Below are positions 8,809 to 19,479 of a DNA stretch of 64,000 bases, piece after piece. Every line of letters starts with the position of its first letter. The first letter of the stretch is position 1. Origin of the DNA: Anaeromyxobacteraceae bacterium (lineage in GTDB: Bacteria; Myxococcota; Myxococcia; Myxococcales; Anaeromyxobacteraceae). A program made the translations under genes and the position numbers. The notes under the pieces were generated by a model. It ran no database searches, was not told the DNA's origin, and saw only the letters and a program-made list of their open reading frames with translations. The stretch spans positions 512,001-576,000 of the forward strand of contig JASGHJ010000002.1 of assembly GCA_047602405.1 (NCBI GenBank). Direction: 5' to 3'.

Positions 8809-9723
8809 TCAGCCCGCGGCGGACGCGAGGTACGGGTTGCGTCCGATGCGCAGGAGCCCCCGCTCGGCGACCAGGAGGTCGAGCGCGATCGAGGCGAGGT
8901 CGTCCGCGAGCGGCTCGAGGCCCGGGGCCTTCTCCCGGTAGAGCAGCTTCAGGTACGCCTCGCACGGCTCGCAGGCCTCCGCGCGGGCCGGATCCTCCCC
9001 GTCGGGCGCGGGCTCCGGGGAGCCTTCCTCCGCGGGCCGGAGGCCGAGGTACGTCACCTTCGCGCCGGAGGCGCACAGCACGCACTGCAGCCGGGTCTTG
9101 TGCCACTCGGTGCCGCAGACGCCACAGAGGAGGTGGCGGAGCTTGTCGTCGGCCTGCACGACGCCCACCGCGGGCGGCTGGCCGCAGACGGGGCACGAGG
9201 CGTCCGGGCGGCGCGGCACGCTCGCCGGATCGATCCGCGCGGCGTGCGCCGAGAAGGCGACCTGCAGCGCGGCGCCCACGAAGGGCGCCGCGGCGAGGTC
9301 GGCCTGGGTGAGCTCGCCCGCGAGGACGCGGAGCGCGAGCCCGTCCAGCTCGGCGGCGTGGCGGCGGGGCAGGCCGGAGACGGCGTCCCGCGCCGCCTGC
9401 GGCATCGGCACGCCCGCGAGCGCGCCCGCGATGGACGCGAGCGCGTCGCGCCAGCCGTCCGGCGGGCGCGACCCGTCGAGCGGGCGATCCTCGCCGGCCG
9501 GCGTCGGCCCGGGGCGGAAGCTCGCCGCGGCCGAGACCTGGGCCGCGGCGATGCGGCCCGCGAGCGCGAGGAACTCGCCGGCCGCGTGGCCGGGGGCGAG
9601 CTCCGCCAGCCGCTCGGCGCGACGGCGGAAGGCCGCCGCGCCGGGGTGGGCCACGAGGTGCGGGATCTCGCCGAGATCGCCCTTCGACGGGGTCCCGACC
9701 CACGCGCTCGCGGTGTCGCTCAT
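8809..9723 (-). CDS. fdhE: Formate dehydrogenase maturation protein FdhE
   Basis: CPVCG, CGVC.TEW, CVLC, CEPC..YLK, ADDLASIALD, RIGRNPY; downstream of fdnI with overlapping stop/start. Confidence 0.92.
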   Translation of the reverse strand: MSDTASAWVGTPSKGDLGEIPHLVAHPGAAAFRRRAERLAELAPGHAAGEFLALAGRIAAAQVSAAASFRPGPTPAGEDRPLDGSRPPDGWRDALASIAGALAGVPMPQAARDAVSGLPRRHAAELDGLALRVLAGELTQADLAAAPFVGAALQVAFSAHAARIDPASVPRRPDASCPVCGQPPAVGVVQADDKLRHLLCGVCGTEWHKTRLQCVLCASGAKVTYLGLRPAEEGSPEPAPDGEDPARAEACEPCEAYLKLLYREKAPGLEPLADDLASIALDLLVAERGLLRIGRNPYLASAAG

Positions 9724-10397
9724 CGACCGCCCTGGGCGCGCACGCGATCCGGCTCCTCGGGGCCGCCGGACACCTCCCGGTACCAGGCCGGGTGGTGGAA
9801 GCGGGCCCAGGCGGCGCTCACGGTGCCGCGGACCATGGACCGGATGCTGCCCTTCGTCCAGAAGGCCGCGTACACGTGCACGCCGATGCCGATGAACATC
9901 ACGAACGCGCACACCGCGTGGGTGAGGCCGGCGGCCCGGCGGAGCGTCGCGCCGAAGGTCGCGCGGGAGGCGGCGTCGAACGCGAACGCCGGCTGCCAGA
10001 GCACGATGCCGGTGAGGAGGAGGAGCGCGATGATCGGCACCATCGACCAGTACATCATCTTCTGGCCGGCGTTGTACTTGTGCGTGTCGGCCGGCTCGTG
10101 CTCCTTGCGCATGTAGCGCCACATGTGCTCGACCCAGGCCGAGTCCGCGGGCAGCCACCGGTTGTCGCGGACGAGCTTCGCCGCGTACCAGGCGAAGGCG
10201 GCCGCGAGGATCACCCCGGCGACGGGGTGCAGCCAGCGCATGAACGGCCCGCCGCCGAAGAACCCGGCCAGCCAGAAGAACACCGGGTGGAAGAGGGCGA
10301 GGCCGGAGAGGAAGAGGAAGGTGAAGACGATCGCGATGACCCAGTGGACCATGCGCTCGGCGACGCCGTGACGGAGGATGGGGGCTTCGCTCTTCAT
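9720..10397 (-). CDS. fdnI: Formate dehydrogenase gamma subunit (cytochrome b556)
   Basis: ERMVHW, LHPVAG, KYNAGQK, HVYAAFW, SMVRGTVSAAWARFHHPAWY. Confidence 0.95.
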   Translation of the reverse strand: MKSEAPILRHGVAERMVHWVIAIVFTFLFLSGLALFHPVFFWLAGFFGGGPFMRWLHPVAGVILAAAFAWYAAKLVRDNRWLPADSAWVEHMWRYMRKEHEPADTHKYNAGQKMMYWSMVPIIALLLLTGIVLWQPAFAFDAASRATFGATLRRAAGLTHAVCAFVMFIGIGVHVYAAFWTKGSIRSMVRGTVSAAWARFHHPAWYREVSGGPEEPDRVRAQGGR

Positions 10398-10402
10398 GGC
10401 GC

Positions 10403-11269
10403 TCAGGCCTCCTTCTTCTCTTCGGGGACCTCGAGCGGTCCGTGGCGCATGTAGTGGAGGATGCCGGCGACGAGCACGCCGAACATGGTGACGACGCCGA
10501 CCGTGCGGGCGACGCCGCTCCGCCAGAGGGCCACGAGCGGGCTCACCCTCGGATCCTTCGGCAGCCCGTACGCCTCCGGCTCGTCGCCGTGCGGGAGCAC
10601 CATGACGACGTGCGTGCCGCCCACGCCCTTCGGGTCGTAGACCGCCGCCTTCGCGAAGCCGCGGGACACGAGGTCGACGAGGCGGTGCTCGGCCTGGAAG
10701 AGCATCTCCTCCTTCGAGCCGAACTGGATCGCGCCGGTCGGGCAGGACTTCACGCAGGCCGGCTCGAGCCCGACCGAGACGCGGTCGGAGCAGAGCGTGC
10801 ACTTGTAGACCTTGGAGTCCTCCTTGCGCATGCGGGGGATGTTGAACGGGCAGCCGGAGATGCAGTACCCGCAGCCGATGCAGGCCTCCTGGTGGAAGTC
10901 CACGATGCCGTTCGAGTACTGGATGATCGCACCCGGCGAGGGGCAGGCCTTGAGGCAGCCCGGGTCGGCGCAGTGGAAGCAGCCGTCCTTGAGGATCAGC
11001 CACTGCAGCGCGTCCCCCACCTGGCGCTCGTTGAAGCGCATGAGCGTCCAGGTCTGATCGCCGAGGTCGGCGGGGTTCGTGTACGCGCCGTCGTTCTGGC
11101 CGACCTCCGCCCTCAGGTCGTTCCACTCCATGCAGGCGGACTGGCAGGCCTTGCACCCGATGCAGCGCGAGACGTCGACGAGCTTCGCGAGCTCGAGGGT
11201 CTGGCGCGCCGAGGGCGGGGAGGAGGTCGAGGCGGAGCGGGCCTTCACGTCGAGGGACTGGAGTGCCAT
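10403..11269 (-). CDS. fdnH: Formate dehydrogenase beta (4x[4Fe-4S]) subunit
   Basis: CIGCKACQSAC, CFHCADPGCLKACP, CIGCGYCISGCP, CTLCSDR...CVKSCP; C-terminal TM anchor. Confidence 0.96.
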   Translation of the reverse strand: MALQSLDVKARSASTSSPPSARQTLELAKLVDVSRCIGCKACQSACMEWNDLRAEVGQNDGAYTNPADLGDQTWTLMRFNERQVGDALQWLILKDGCFHCADPGCLKACPSPGAIIQYSNGIVDFHQEACIGCGYCISGCPFNIPRMRKEDSKVYKCTLCSDRVSVGLEPACVKSCPTGAIQFGSKEEMLFQAEHRLVDLVSRGFAKAAVYDPKGVGGTHVVMVLPHGDEPEAYGLPKDPRVSPLVALWRSGVARTVGVVTMFGVLVAGILHYMRHGPLEVPEEKKEA

Positions 11270-11281
11270 GGTCTCGCTCTC

Positions 11282-14200
11282 CTAGGCCTTCTCGATGTCG
11301 ACCAGGAACGCCTTGTACTCGGGCGTCTGGATGTTCGCGTCGCCCACGCTCGGGGTGAGCGTGTTCGCCATGTGGCCCTTCTTCGCCACGCCCATGAAGC
11401 CCCAGTGGATCGGGATGCCGACGGTCTCGACCTCCTTGCCCTGGATCTTCAGGGTCGCCATGCGCTTCGTCACCACCGCCTTCGCGGTGATCCGCCCGCG
11501 CTTCGACCTCACCGCGATCCGGTCGCCGTTCTTGATCCCCTTCTTCGAGGCGAGGCTCTCGGAGATCTCGACGAAGCCCTCCGGCTGGAGCGCGGCGGCG
11601 GTGCGCGTGTGCTTCGTCCAGAAGTGGAAGTGCTCGGTGACGCGGTAGGTGGTCGCGACGTACGGGAACTCGGAGGCCTTCCCGAACTTCTCCCGGTCGC
11701 CGGGGAACACCCGCGCCGCCGGGTTCGAGAGCGCCCTGCCGCCCATCGGGTTCTTCTCGAGCGGGGTCTCGAACGGCTCGTAGTGCTCGGGGAAGGGCCC
11801 CTCGACCATGGCCGGCGCCCACAGGCGGGCGACGCCCTCGGCGTTCATGATGAACGGGCCGACGCCCTCCTCGGGCGCCGCGTCGGCGCGCATGTCGGGC
11901 ACGTCCGGGCCCGCCCACGCCTTGCCGTTCCAGGCGACGTACTTGCGATCCGGGTTCCACGGCTTGCCGGACGGATCGGCCGAGGCGCGGTTGTAGAGGA
12001 TGCGCCGGTTGGCCGGCCACGACCACGCCCAGGAGCCGGTGGCCCCGAGGCCCGTCGGATCGGCGGCGTCGCGCCGGGCCATCTGGTTGCCGGCCTGGGT
12101 CCAGGAGCCCGTGAAGATCCAGCAGCCCGAGGTGGTGGTGCCGTCGTCGCGCAGGTGCGCGAACGTGCCGAGCTGCTCGCCGGCCTTGGCGAGGACCTTG
12201 GTGGGATCCTTCGGGTCGGTGACGTCGGCGAGCGCCGTGCCGTTGAACTCCATCGCGAGCTCCTGCGGGGAGGGCGCGCGCGGCTTCTTGTACGGCCAGG
12301 TCAGGTTGAGGATCGGGTCCGCGAAGGTCCCGCCCTCCTTCTTGTAGAGCGCGCGGATGCGGGTGAAGAGGTCCGCGACAATCTCGATGTCGTTGCGCGC
12401 GTCACCGGGCGGCTCGGCGGCCTTCCAGTGCCACTGCAGCCACCGGCCGGAGTTGACGAGCGAGCCGTCCTCCTCGGCGAAGCAGGACGAGGGCAGGCGG
12501 AACACCTCGGTCTGGATCTTCGTCGGGTCGACGTCGTTGAACTCGCCGTGGTTCTCCCAGAAGCTCGCCGTCTCGGTCGCGAGGGGATCGATCGAGACGA
12601 GGAACTTGAGGCTCGAGAGGCCCTTCAGGAGCTTCGCCTTGTCCGGGAAGGAGGCGAGCGGGTTGAACCCCTGGCACAGGTACCCGTTCACCTTGCCCGC
12701 GGCCATCATGTCGAAGTAGCGGAGGATGTCGTAGGGAGCGTCGATCTTCGGCAGGTAGGCGTACGCCCAGTCGTTCTCCTTGGCCGCGGCGGCGCCGAAC
12801 CAGGACTTCTGCAGCGACACGAAGAACTTCGTGTAGTTCGCCGAGAGGTAGTTCATCTGCCCGGGCCTGAGCGGCTTCGGCGTGCGCTTGTCGACGTAGG
12901 TGGCGTAGTCGGCGTCGGCCTCGGTCGGCAGCGTCAGGTAGCCCGGCAGCGTGTGGCTGAGGAGGCCGAGGTCCGTGAGCCCCTGGATGTTGGAGTGGCC
13001 GCGCAGCGCGTTCATCCCGCCGCCCGGCATGCCCATGTTGCCGAGGAGCAGCTGGATCATCGCCATGGTCCGGATCATCTGGGAACCCTGGCTGTGCTGC
13101 GTCCAGCCGAGCGCGTACAGGTGCGTCATCACGCGCTCCGGCGCCGCGGTGGAGCCGACGAGCTCGCAGATCTGCTTGAACTTCTCCTTCGGCGTCCCGC
13201 AGATCTCCTCGACCTTCTCGGGCGTGTAGCGCGAGAAGTGCTTCTTCATGAGCTGGTAGACCGAGCGCGGGTCCTGGAGCGTCATGTCGACCTTCGCGTA
13301 GCCGTCCTTGTCGACGTCGTACGCCCAGGTCGCCTTGTCGTACTTGCGCTTCGCCTCGTCGTAGCCGGTGAAGAGGCCGTCGGCGAAGCCGAACTCCTCC
13401 TTCACGAGGAAGGGCGCGTTCGTGTACGCCCGCACGTACTCCGTCTGGATCTTGTCGTTCTGGAGGAGGTAGTTCGCGAGGCCGCCCAGGAACGCGATGT
13501 CCGAGCCCGCGCGCACCGGCGCGTAGACGTCGGCCATCGCCGCGGTCCGCGTGAAGCGCGGGTCGACGACGATCAGCTTCGCCTTGTTCTTGACCTTCGC
13601 CTCGACCACCCACTTGAAGCCGCAGGGGTGAGCCTCGGCGGGGTTCCCTCCCATGACCATCACGACGTCGGCGTTCTTGATGTCGACCCAGTGATTCGTC
13701 ATCGCACCGCGACCGAACGTGGGGGCCAGACCGGCCACCGTGGGTCCGTGTCAAACGCGTGCTTGGTTGTCGAAGGCCACACCTCCCATCGACCGGAAGA
13801 CCTTGTGCGTGATGTAGCCGGTCTCGTTCGAGGAGGCGGACGCGGCGAGCATGCCCACCGTGGTCCAGCGGTTGACCGCGACGCCCGCCGCGTTCTGCGC
13901 GACGAAGTTCTTGTCGCGGTCGTCCTTCATCAGCCGGGCGATGCGGTCGAGCGCCCAGTCCCAGGTGACCTTCTCCCACTTCGTCGCGCCCGGCGCGCGG
14001 TACTCGACCGCCTTCAGGCGGTTCGGCGAGCGGACGAAGTCGACGAGCGAGGCGCCCTTCGGGCAGAGCGTGCCGCGGTTCACCGGGTGGTCGGGATCGC
14101 CCTCGATGTGGAACACCTCGGAGCGCGCGTTCTTGGAGCGGTCGCCGAGCGTGTAGAGGATGACCCCGCAGCCGACGGAGCAGTAGGGGCACGTGTTCCG

Positions 14201-14338
14201 CGTCTCGCTCGCCTGCGAGAGCTTGAACGTGCGGACCTCGGCGAGCGTGCGCGCCGGCGAGAAGCCGAGCGCGCCGAGGCTCGTGGCGCCGAGGCCACCA
14301 GCCGCGATCTTGACGAATTGCCTACGGGTGACGGGCAT
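11282..14338 (-). CDS. fdnG: Formate dehydrogenase-N alpha subunit, selenoprotein (in-frame TGA at 13753-13751 read as Sec)
   Basis: Tat signal TRRQFVK; CPYCSVGC...C cluster. ORFs 13751-14338 and 11282-13738 are in the same frame and join as NQARV-U-HGPTVAGLAPTFGRGAMTNHW, the known FdnG active-site motif. Confidence 0.96.
13711..13750 (-). promoter_or_regulatory. Bacterial SECIS stem-loop
   Basis: Immediately 3' of the TGA: CACGGACCCACGGTGGCCGGTCTGGCCCCCACGTTCGGTC. GACC/GGTC and ACG/CGT lower stem; GGCC/GGCC apical stem with a GT-containing loop. Confidence 0.85.
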
Positions 14339-14512
14339 CCGGATCCTCCGGGGGTGAGCGATCGGGGTGAGGCCGAATCCGTACGGTGCGCCGGTCGGGG
14401 TGCACTTTGCTCGTCCGTGTTGGGGCGTGTGCGCGGTTGCTCACCAGCTGCGGCGCAGCGCGCCATCATCGACTTCTTTCGTCGACTTCACGGACGGTGG
14501 GGTCGCGCCCGC

Positions 14513-14526
14513 TGTGACATGTCACA
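14513..14526. promoter_or_regulatory. Perfect 14-bp palindrome TGTGACATGTCACA, candidate transcription-factor operator
   Basis: AT-richer palindrome in the divergent fdnG/sulP intergenic region. Confidence 0.5.
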
Positions 14527-14760
14527 CGGCGCGGGCCGATCGGATCGGCGGGGACGGCGCCGGTCCGCGCCGCGCGCGCGGTCGCGAGGCGCGCGCCGGG
14601 GCCAGCGCACGCCGGGTCGCATCGAACGCGGGCGCGGCGGCGGCGCCCGGCGGCCTGAGCCTACCCCTCGCGGGACTTCCGCCGTACACTGCCGCGCCAA
14701 GAGGTGGCCGCCGGCGCCCGCGCTCTCGCGGGCCCGCGCCACGCGAACCGCACCTCAACC

Positions 14761-17493
14761 ATGTCAAAGCTCCCGTATCCGTCCTCGCAGGAGGACGCTC
14801 CGCTCTCCACGCTGCCCGCCGCCGCCCTCCGCGCCGTCTTCCGCGAGGGCTACGGCGCGGGCTCCCTGCGCGCCAATCTCATGGCGGGCCTCGTGGTCGG
14901 CGTCGTCGCGCTCCCGCTCGCGATGGCGCTCGCGATCGCGGTGGGCGTCCCCCCGCAGTTCGGCCTCTACACCTCCATCGTCGCCGGCCTCGTCATCGCG
15001 ATCCTGGGCGGCTCGCGGACGCAGGTGAGCGGCCCCACCGCCGCCTTCATCGTCATCCTCGCCCCATCTACGCGCGCTTCGGCCACTCCGGCCTGCTCGT
15101 GGCCGGCCTCATGGCCGGGGTCCTGCTCATCGGGATGGGCCTCCTGCGGATGGGGAAGCTCATCGAGTTCATCCCGCACCCGGTCACCACCGGCTTCACC
15201 GCCGGCATCGCGACCGTCATCGCGGTGCTGCAGGTGAAGGACCTCCTCGGCCTGCGGCTCGAGCACACCCCGGAGCACTTCGCGGAGCGGGTGGTGGCCT
15301 TCGTGCGGGCCGCGCCCACCGCCTCGGGCCACGAGCTCCTCGTCGGCGCGATCACGCTCTACCTGCTCCTCATGGTGCCGCGGATCACGAAGCGCGTCCC
15401 GGCGCCGCTCGTGGCCCTGCCGTTCGCCGCGCTCGTCGCGATCGCGCTCAGGACCTGGGCCGGCGCCGACGTCGCGACCATCGCGAGCCGGTTCCACTCC
15501 GTCGTGAACGGGGTGGAGGTGCGCGGCATCCCGCAGCTCCCCCCGCTCCCGATGCTGCCCTGGCTCGCGGCCGGCCCCGCGGGCGAGGCGCTCACCTGGG
15601 ACCTCGCGACGTTCCGCGCCCTCCTCGGCAGCGCCTTCGCCATCGCGATGCTCGGCGCGATCGAGTCGCTCCTCTCGGCCGTCGTCGCCGACGGCATGGC
15701 CCGCACCCGGCACGACCCCGACGCGGAGCTGCTCGCCCAGGGCGTCGGCAACGTGATCGCGCCGTTCTTCGGCGGCATCCCGGCGACCGGCGCCATCGCC
15801 CGCACCGCCACCAACATCCGCTCGGGCGGGCGCAGCCCGGTCTCCGCGGCGGTGCACGCCCTCGTGGTGCTCGCCGCGGTGCTGGTGCTCGCGCCCTTGC
15901 TCGGGTACCTGCCCATGAGCGCGCTCGCCGCGCTCCTCCTGCTCGTCGCCTGGAACATGTCCGAGGCGAAGCACTTCGTGCACACGGTGCGGGTCGCGCC
16001 GCGCAGCGACGTGGCGGTGCTGTTCACCTGCTACGGGCTCACGGTCTTCGTCGACATGGTGATCGGCGTCTCGGTGGGCATGGTGCTCGCCGCGATGCCT
16101 CTTCATGCGGCGGATGGCCCTCGTCACCGAGGCCGGCCCGGTCGACTCGGGCGAGCACGGCCTCCCCGGGCCCGTGCCGGCCGGCGTGGTGGTCTACCGC
16201 GTGTCCGGCCCGCTCTTCTTCGGCGCGGCCCAGAAGGCCATGCGCGCGCTCTCGGTCATCGCCGACCAGACGAGCGTGGTGGTCCTGCGGCTCGAGGACG
16301 TCCCGGTCATCGACGCGACCGGCCTCGTGGCCCTCGAGAGCGCGCTCGGGCAGCTCCACTCCCGCGGCGCGACCGCCATCCTGCTGGGCCTGCAGGCCCA
16401 GCCCCGGGAGTTCCTCGCGCGCACGCACCTCCTCCAGGCCTCCCACGTCATCGTCCTCGACACGCCCGAGGAGGCCCTCCGGGCCGCGGGCGAGATCGCC
16501 TCGACGCGGCGCCGGGACGCGCTCGGCGCCATCCCGCGCGACGTCTCCGTGCAGGACGTCATGCGCCGCGACGTGGCGTCGGTCCCGCCGGCGGCCACGG
16601 TCCGCGACGTCGTGGAGCTCATGCTCGCGCGCGGCCGGCGCTCCCTCCCGGTCGTGGACGGCGGCCGCCTCGTCGGCATCGTCACGAACGGTGACCTCGT
16701 GCAGCGCGGCGGGCTGGGCCTCCGGCTCGACTTCCTCTCCGAGCTGGGCTCGCCCGAGGTGCGGGCCGAGCTCGACCGCCTCGCCGGAGCGAGGACCGCC
16801 CGCGACGTGATGACCCCGTCGCCGGTGACCGTCGAGCCCGGGCTCGCGCTCCGGCGCGCGGCGGCGCTCATGACGAGGAAGCGCCTGAAGCGCCTCCCCG
16901 TCGTGGACGGGCAGGGCGCGCTCGTGGGCTGGCTCTCCCGCGTGGACGTGCTCCGCGCGATGGCCGGCGCCGGCGGCCCGGGCCTCGAGGCCCGGCCGGC
17001 CGCGTTCCCGCTCGAGACCACGCTCGCCGGCGTCATGCGCCGCGACGTCCCGGCCGTCCTGGCCGACGCGCCGCTCGCCGAGGTGCTCCAGGCGGTGGTC
17101 TCGACGCGCCTCAACAAGGCCCTCGTGCTCGACGCCGACCGCCGGGTGATCGGCCTCGTCACCGACGCGGAGCTCATCGACCGCATGACCGCCGCCGCGC
17201 GCCCCGGGATCCTCCGCTCGCTCATGCGCCGCGGCGCGCCCGAGGGGCTCACCGAGCAGCAGGCGAAGGCCCGCCGTGCGGCCGACCTGATGGTGGGCGG
17301 CGTGCCGATGGCCCGGGTCGACACGCCGCTCGGCGAGGCGATCGCGATCATGCTGAAGGCGGACCGGAAGATCCTCGCCGTGACCGACGCCGACGGCCGG
17401 CTCGCCGGCATCGTCGACCGCGCCGACCTCCTGCGCGGCGTCGCCCAGCACGGCGACGCCGACGGGACCCCGGCGCCCATCGCGAGCACCTGA
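14761..17493 (+). CDS. dauA: SulP/DauA-type anion (C4-dicarboxylate) transporter fused to STAS and four CBS domains; two apparent frameshifts (~15066, ~16097), probably sequencing errors
   Basis: [75 protein letters not shown]...DVPVIDATG, then CBS repeats. One missing and one extra base at GATC sites restore a single ~910-aa ORF. Confidence 0.85.
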
Positions 17494-17508
17494 GCGTCCG
17501 GGGTCGGG

Positions 17509-18768
17509 TCAGGGCCGCGCCGCCCGGGCCGCCCGGTCGAGGAGGGCCGCCCGCTCGCGGGCGTTGCGGGTGAGCGCGGCGGCGAGCGCGAACGCCTCGG
17601 CGGCCTCGGGGCGCCGGCCGAGCCGCTCGAGGAGCTCGCCGCGGGCGGCGGGGAGCGGGGGGTAGCCCTCGAGCGCCGCCTCGTCCCGCAGCGCCTCGAC
17701 GAGCGCGAGGCCGTCGGCCGGGCCGTACGCGAGGCCGATCGCCATCGCGCGGTTGAGCTCGACGACCGGGGACGGCGAGACCTCCGCGAGGGCGTCGTAG
17801 AGCGCGGCGATGCGCGGCCAGTCGGTGGCCGCGGCGGTCGGGGCCCGCGCGTGCTCGGCCGCGATCGCCGCCTGCAGCGCGTACGGGCCGCGCGCCCCGC
17901 CGAGCGCACGGGCGCGCTCGAGCGCCGCGCGGCCGCGCCCGGCGAGCAGCCGGTCCCAGCGCCCGCGGTCCTGCTCGAGGAGGGACACGGCCGCGCCGTC
18001 CGGGCCGGTGCGGGCGCGGGCGCGGGCCGCGGTGAGCTCCATGAGCGCGACGAGGCCGTGCACCTCGGGCTCGTCCGGGGCGAGCCCCGCGAGCACGCGC
18101 CCGAGCCGGAGCGCCTCGTCGCACAGCGCCGGACGCATGAGATCCTCGCCCGCGGTCGCCGCGTGCCCCTCGTTGAAGACGAGGTAGACCACCTGCAGCG
18201 CCGCGGGCAGCCGCTCGGCGAGCGCGGCCCCCCGGGGCACCTCGAACGGCACCCGGGCCTCCGCGAGCGTCCGCTTCGCGCGCACGATGCGCTGGGCGAC
18301 GGTGGCGGGCGGCACGAGGAACGCGCGCGCGATCTCGTCCGTCTCGAGCCCGCACAGGAGCCGCAGCGTCAGCGCCACGCGGGCCTCGAGCGACAGCACC
18401 GGGTGGCAGGCGACGAGCACGAGCCCGAGGAGCGCGTCGCCCGCGGCGCGGGGGTCCTCCTCGTGCGCAACCGGCGCGGGGCCGTCCGCCGCCTCGAGCG
18501 CGAGCGCCCCGTGCCTCGCGTCGGCGAGGGCGCGGTGCCGGAGCGCGTCGAGCCCGCGGCGCCGCGCGGCGGCGAGGAGCCACGCCCCCGGCCGCTCCGG
18601 CACGCCGTCGCGGGGCCACTGCTCGAGCGCCGCGACGAGCGCGTCCTGCGCGAGCTCCTCGGCGGCGCCCACGTCGCGGACGAGGCGGGTGAGGCTCGCG
18701 ACGAGCCTCGCCCGCTCGAGCCGGAAGACCGCCTGGACGGCCCGGCGCGCCCCGTCCGCGTCCGGCAC
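17509..18768 (-). CDS. ECF sigma factor with C-terminal TPR-like extension (ECF42 group)
   Basis: AEELAQDALVAALEQWP, ACHPVL, IARAFLVP..TVAQRIVRAK, YLVFNEG, GPYALQAAIAA.H, SPVVELNRA; cotranscribed with a DGPF gene. Confidence 0.92.
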   Translation of the reverse strand: MPDADGARRAVQAVFRLERARLVASLTRLVRDVGAAEELAQDALVAALEQWPRDGVPERPGAWLLAAARRRGLDALRHRALADARHGALALEAADGPAPVAHEEDPRAAGDALLGLVLVACHPVLSLEARVALTLRLLCGLETDEIARAFLVPPATVAQRIVRAKRTLAEARVPFEVPRGAALAERLPAALQVVYLVFNEGHAATAGEDLMRPALCDEALRLGRVLAGLAPDEPEVHGLVALMELTAARARARTGPDGAAVSLLEQDRGRWDRLLAGRGRAALERARALGGARGPYALQAAIAAEHARAPTAAATDWPRIAALYDALAEVSPSPVVELNRAMAIGLAYGPADGLALVEALRDEAALEGYPPLPAARGELLERLGRRPEAAEAFALAAALTRNARERAALLDRAARAARP

Positions 18769-18772
18769 CCGC

Positions 18773-19204
18773 CTAGCCTCGCTCCTGGAGCGTCGTGCGC
18801 AGGCGCGCCTCGCGCGCCTTCTCCTCCGGGGGCACCGCGTCGCCGAAGTCCTCCACCTCGAACAACGGCCGGAGCTCCAGGATCCCTTCCTCCCCGGGCA
18901 TCGGGTCGGGGCAGCGCCGCGCCCACTCGAGCGCCTCGTCCATCGAGCGCACCTGCCAGATCCAGAAGCCCGCCACGAGCTCCTTCGTCTCCGCGAACGG
19001 GCCGTCGAGCACCGTCTTCGGGGCGCCCGGCCGCATGACCACCCGCTTGCCGCGGACGGAGGGGTGCAGCCCGTCCCCGGCGAGCATCACGCCCGCCTTC
19101 ACGAGCTCCTCGTTGTACTTCCCCATCGCCTCGAAGAGCTCGGGCGCCGGCATCTTCCCCGCCTCGGAGTTCCGGGTTGCCTTCACGATGACCATCACGC
19201 GCAT
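18773..19204 (-). CDS. YciI/DGPF-family protein
   Basis: DGPFAETKELVAGFW motif. Confidence 0.93.
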   Translation of the reverse strand: MRVMVIVKATRNSEAGKMPAPELFEAMGKYNEELVKAGVMLAGDGLHPSVRGKRVVMRPGAPKTVLDGPFAETKELVAGFWIWQVRSMDEALEWARRCPDPMPGEEGILELRPLFEVEDFGDAVPPEEKAREARLRTTLQERG

Positions 19205-19285
19205 GTCGTTCGCCTCTCGTCCTTGGGTTGTCGGCCCGGGTTCCCGGCCCGCAGCGGCCGGTGTGCCACCTGGCTCTACACCGAC

Positions 19286-19312
19286 GTCGGGCGGGCGGCC
19301 CGATCATCGACA
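19286..19312 (-). promoter_or_regulatory. Candidate ECF42 autoregulatory promoter TGTCGA-N17-CGAC
   Basis: Minus strand reads TGTCGA tgatcgggccgcccgcc CGAC about 80 nt upstream of the DGPF ATG; matches the recalled ECF42 -35/-10 motif. Confidence 0.65.
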
Positions 19313-19479
19313 CGCGCCCCATCGGAGGCGGTCACCGCTGACCCTGCGTCCGTGCGCTCGCCCCGGCGTTCCGGAGGCGCGCGAGCACCAGAGCCGGGGG
19401 ACAGCACCGAGGCCGGAGGCGGGCGCCGTCCCCCGAACCGCGGGCTTGCTCGCGCGTCCGCATCGGCCAGAATGCGCCC

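Noticed and set aside
11282..14338. fdnG as a split gene or pseudogene
   Set aside because: The TGA is in frame at the Sec position and is followed by a SECIS.
10442..15028. Very long alternative-frame ORFs (this 1528-aa ORF, also 19276-23367, 28882-32496 and 45519-50066)
   Set aside because: Shadow ORFs of real genes; stop codons are rare at this GC content, and the translations are Arg/Gly/Pro-rich with no motifs.
19253..19268. Sigma54 promoter upstream of the DGPF gene (TGGCAC on the minus strand)
   Set aside because: The -12 element is poor (CCGC), and the ECF42-type motif explains the region better.
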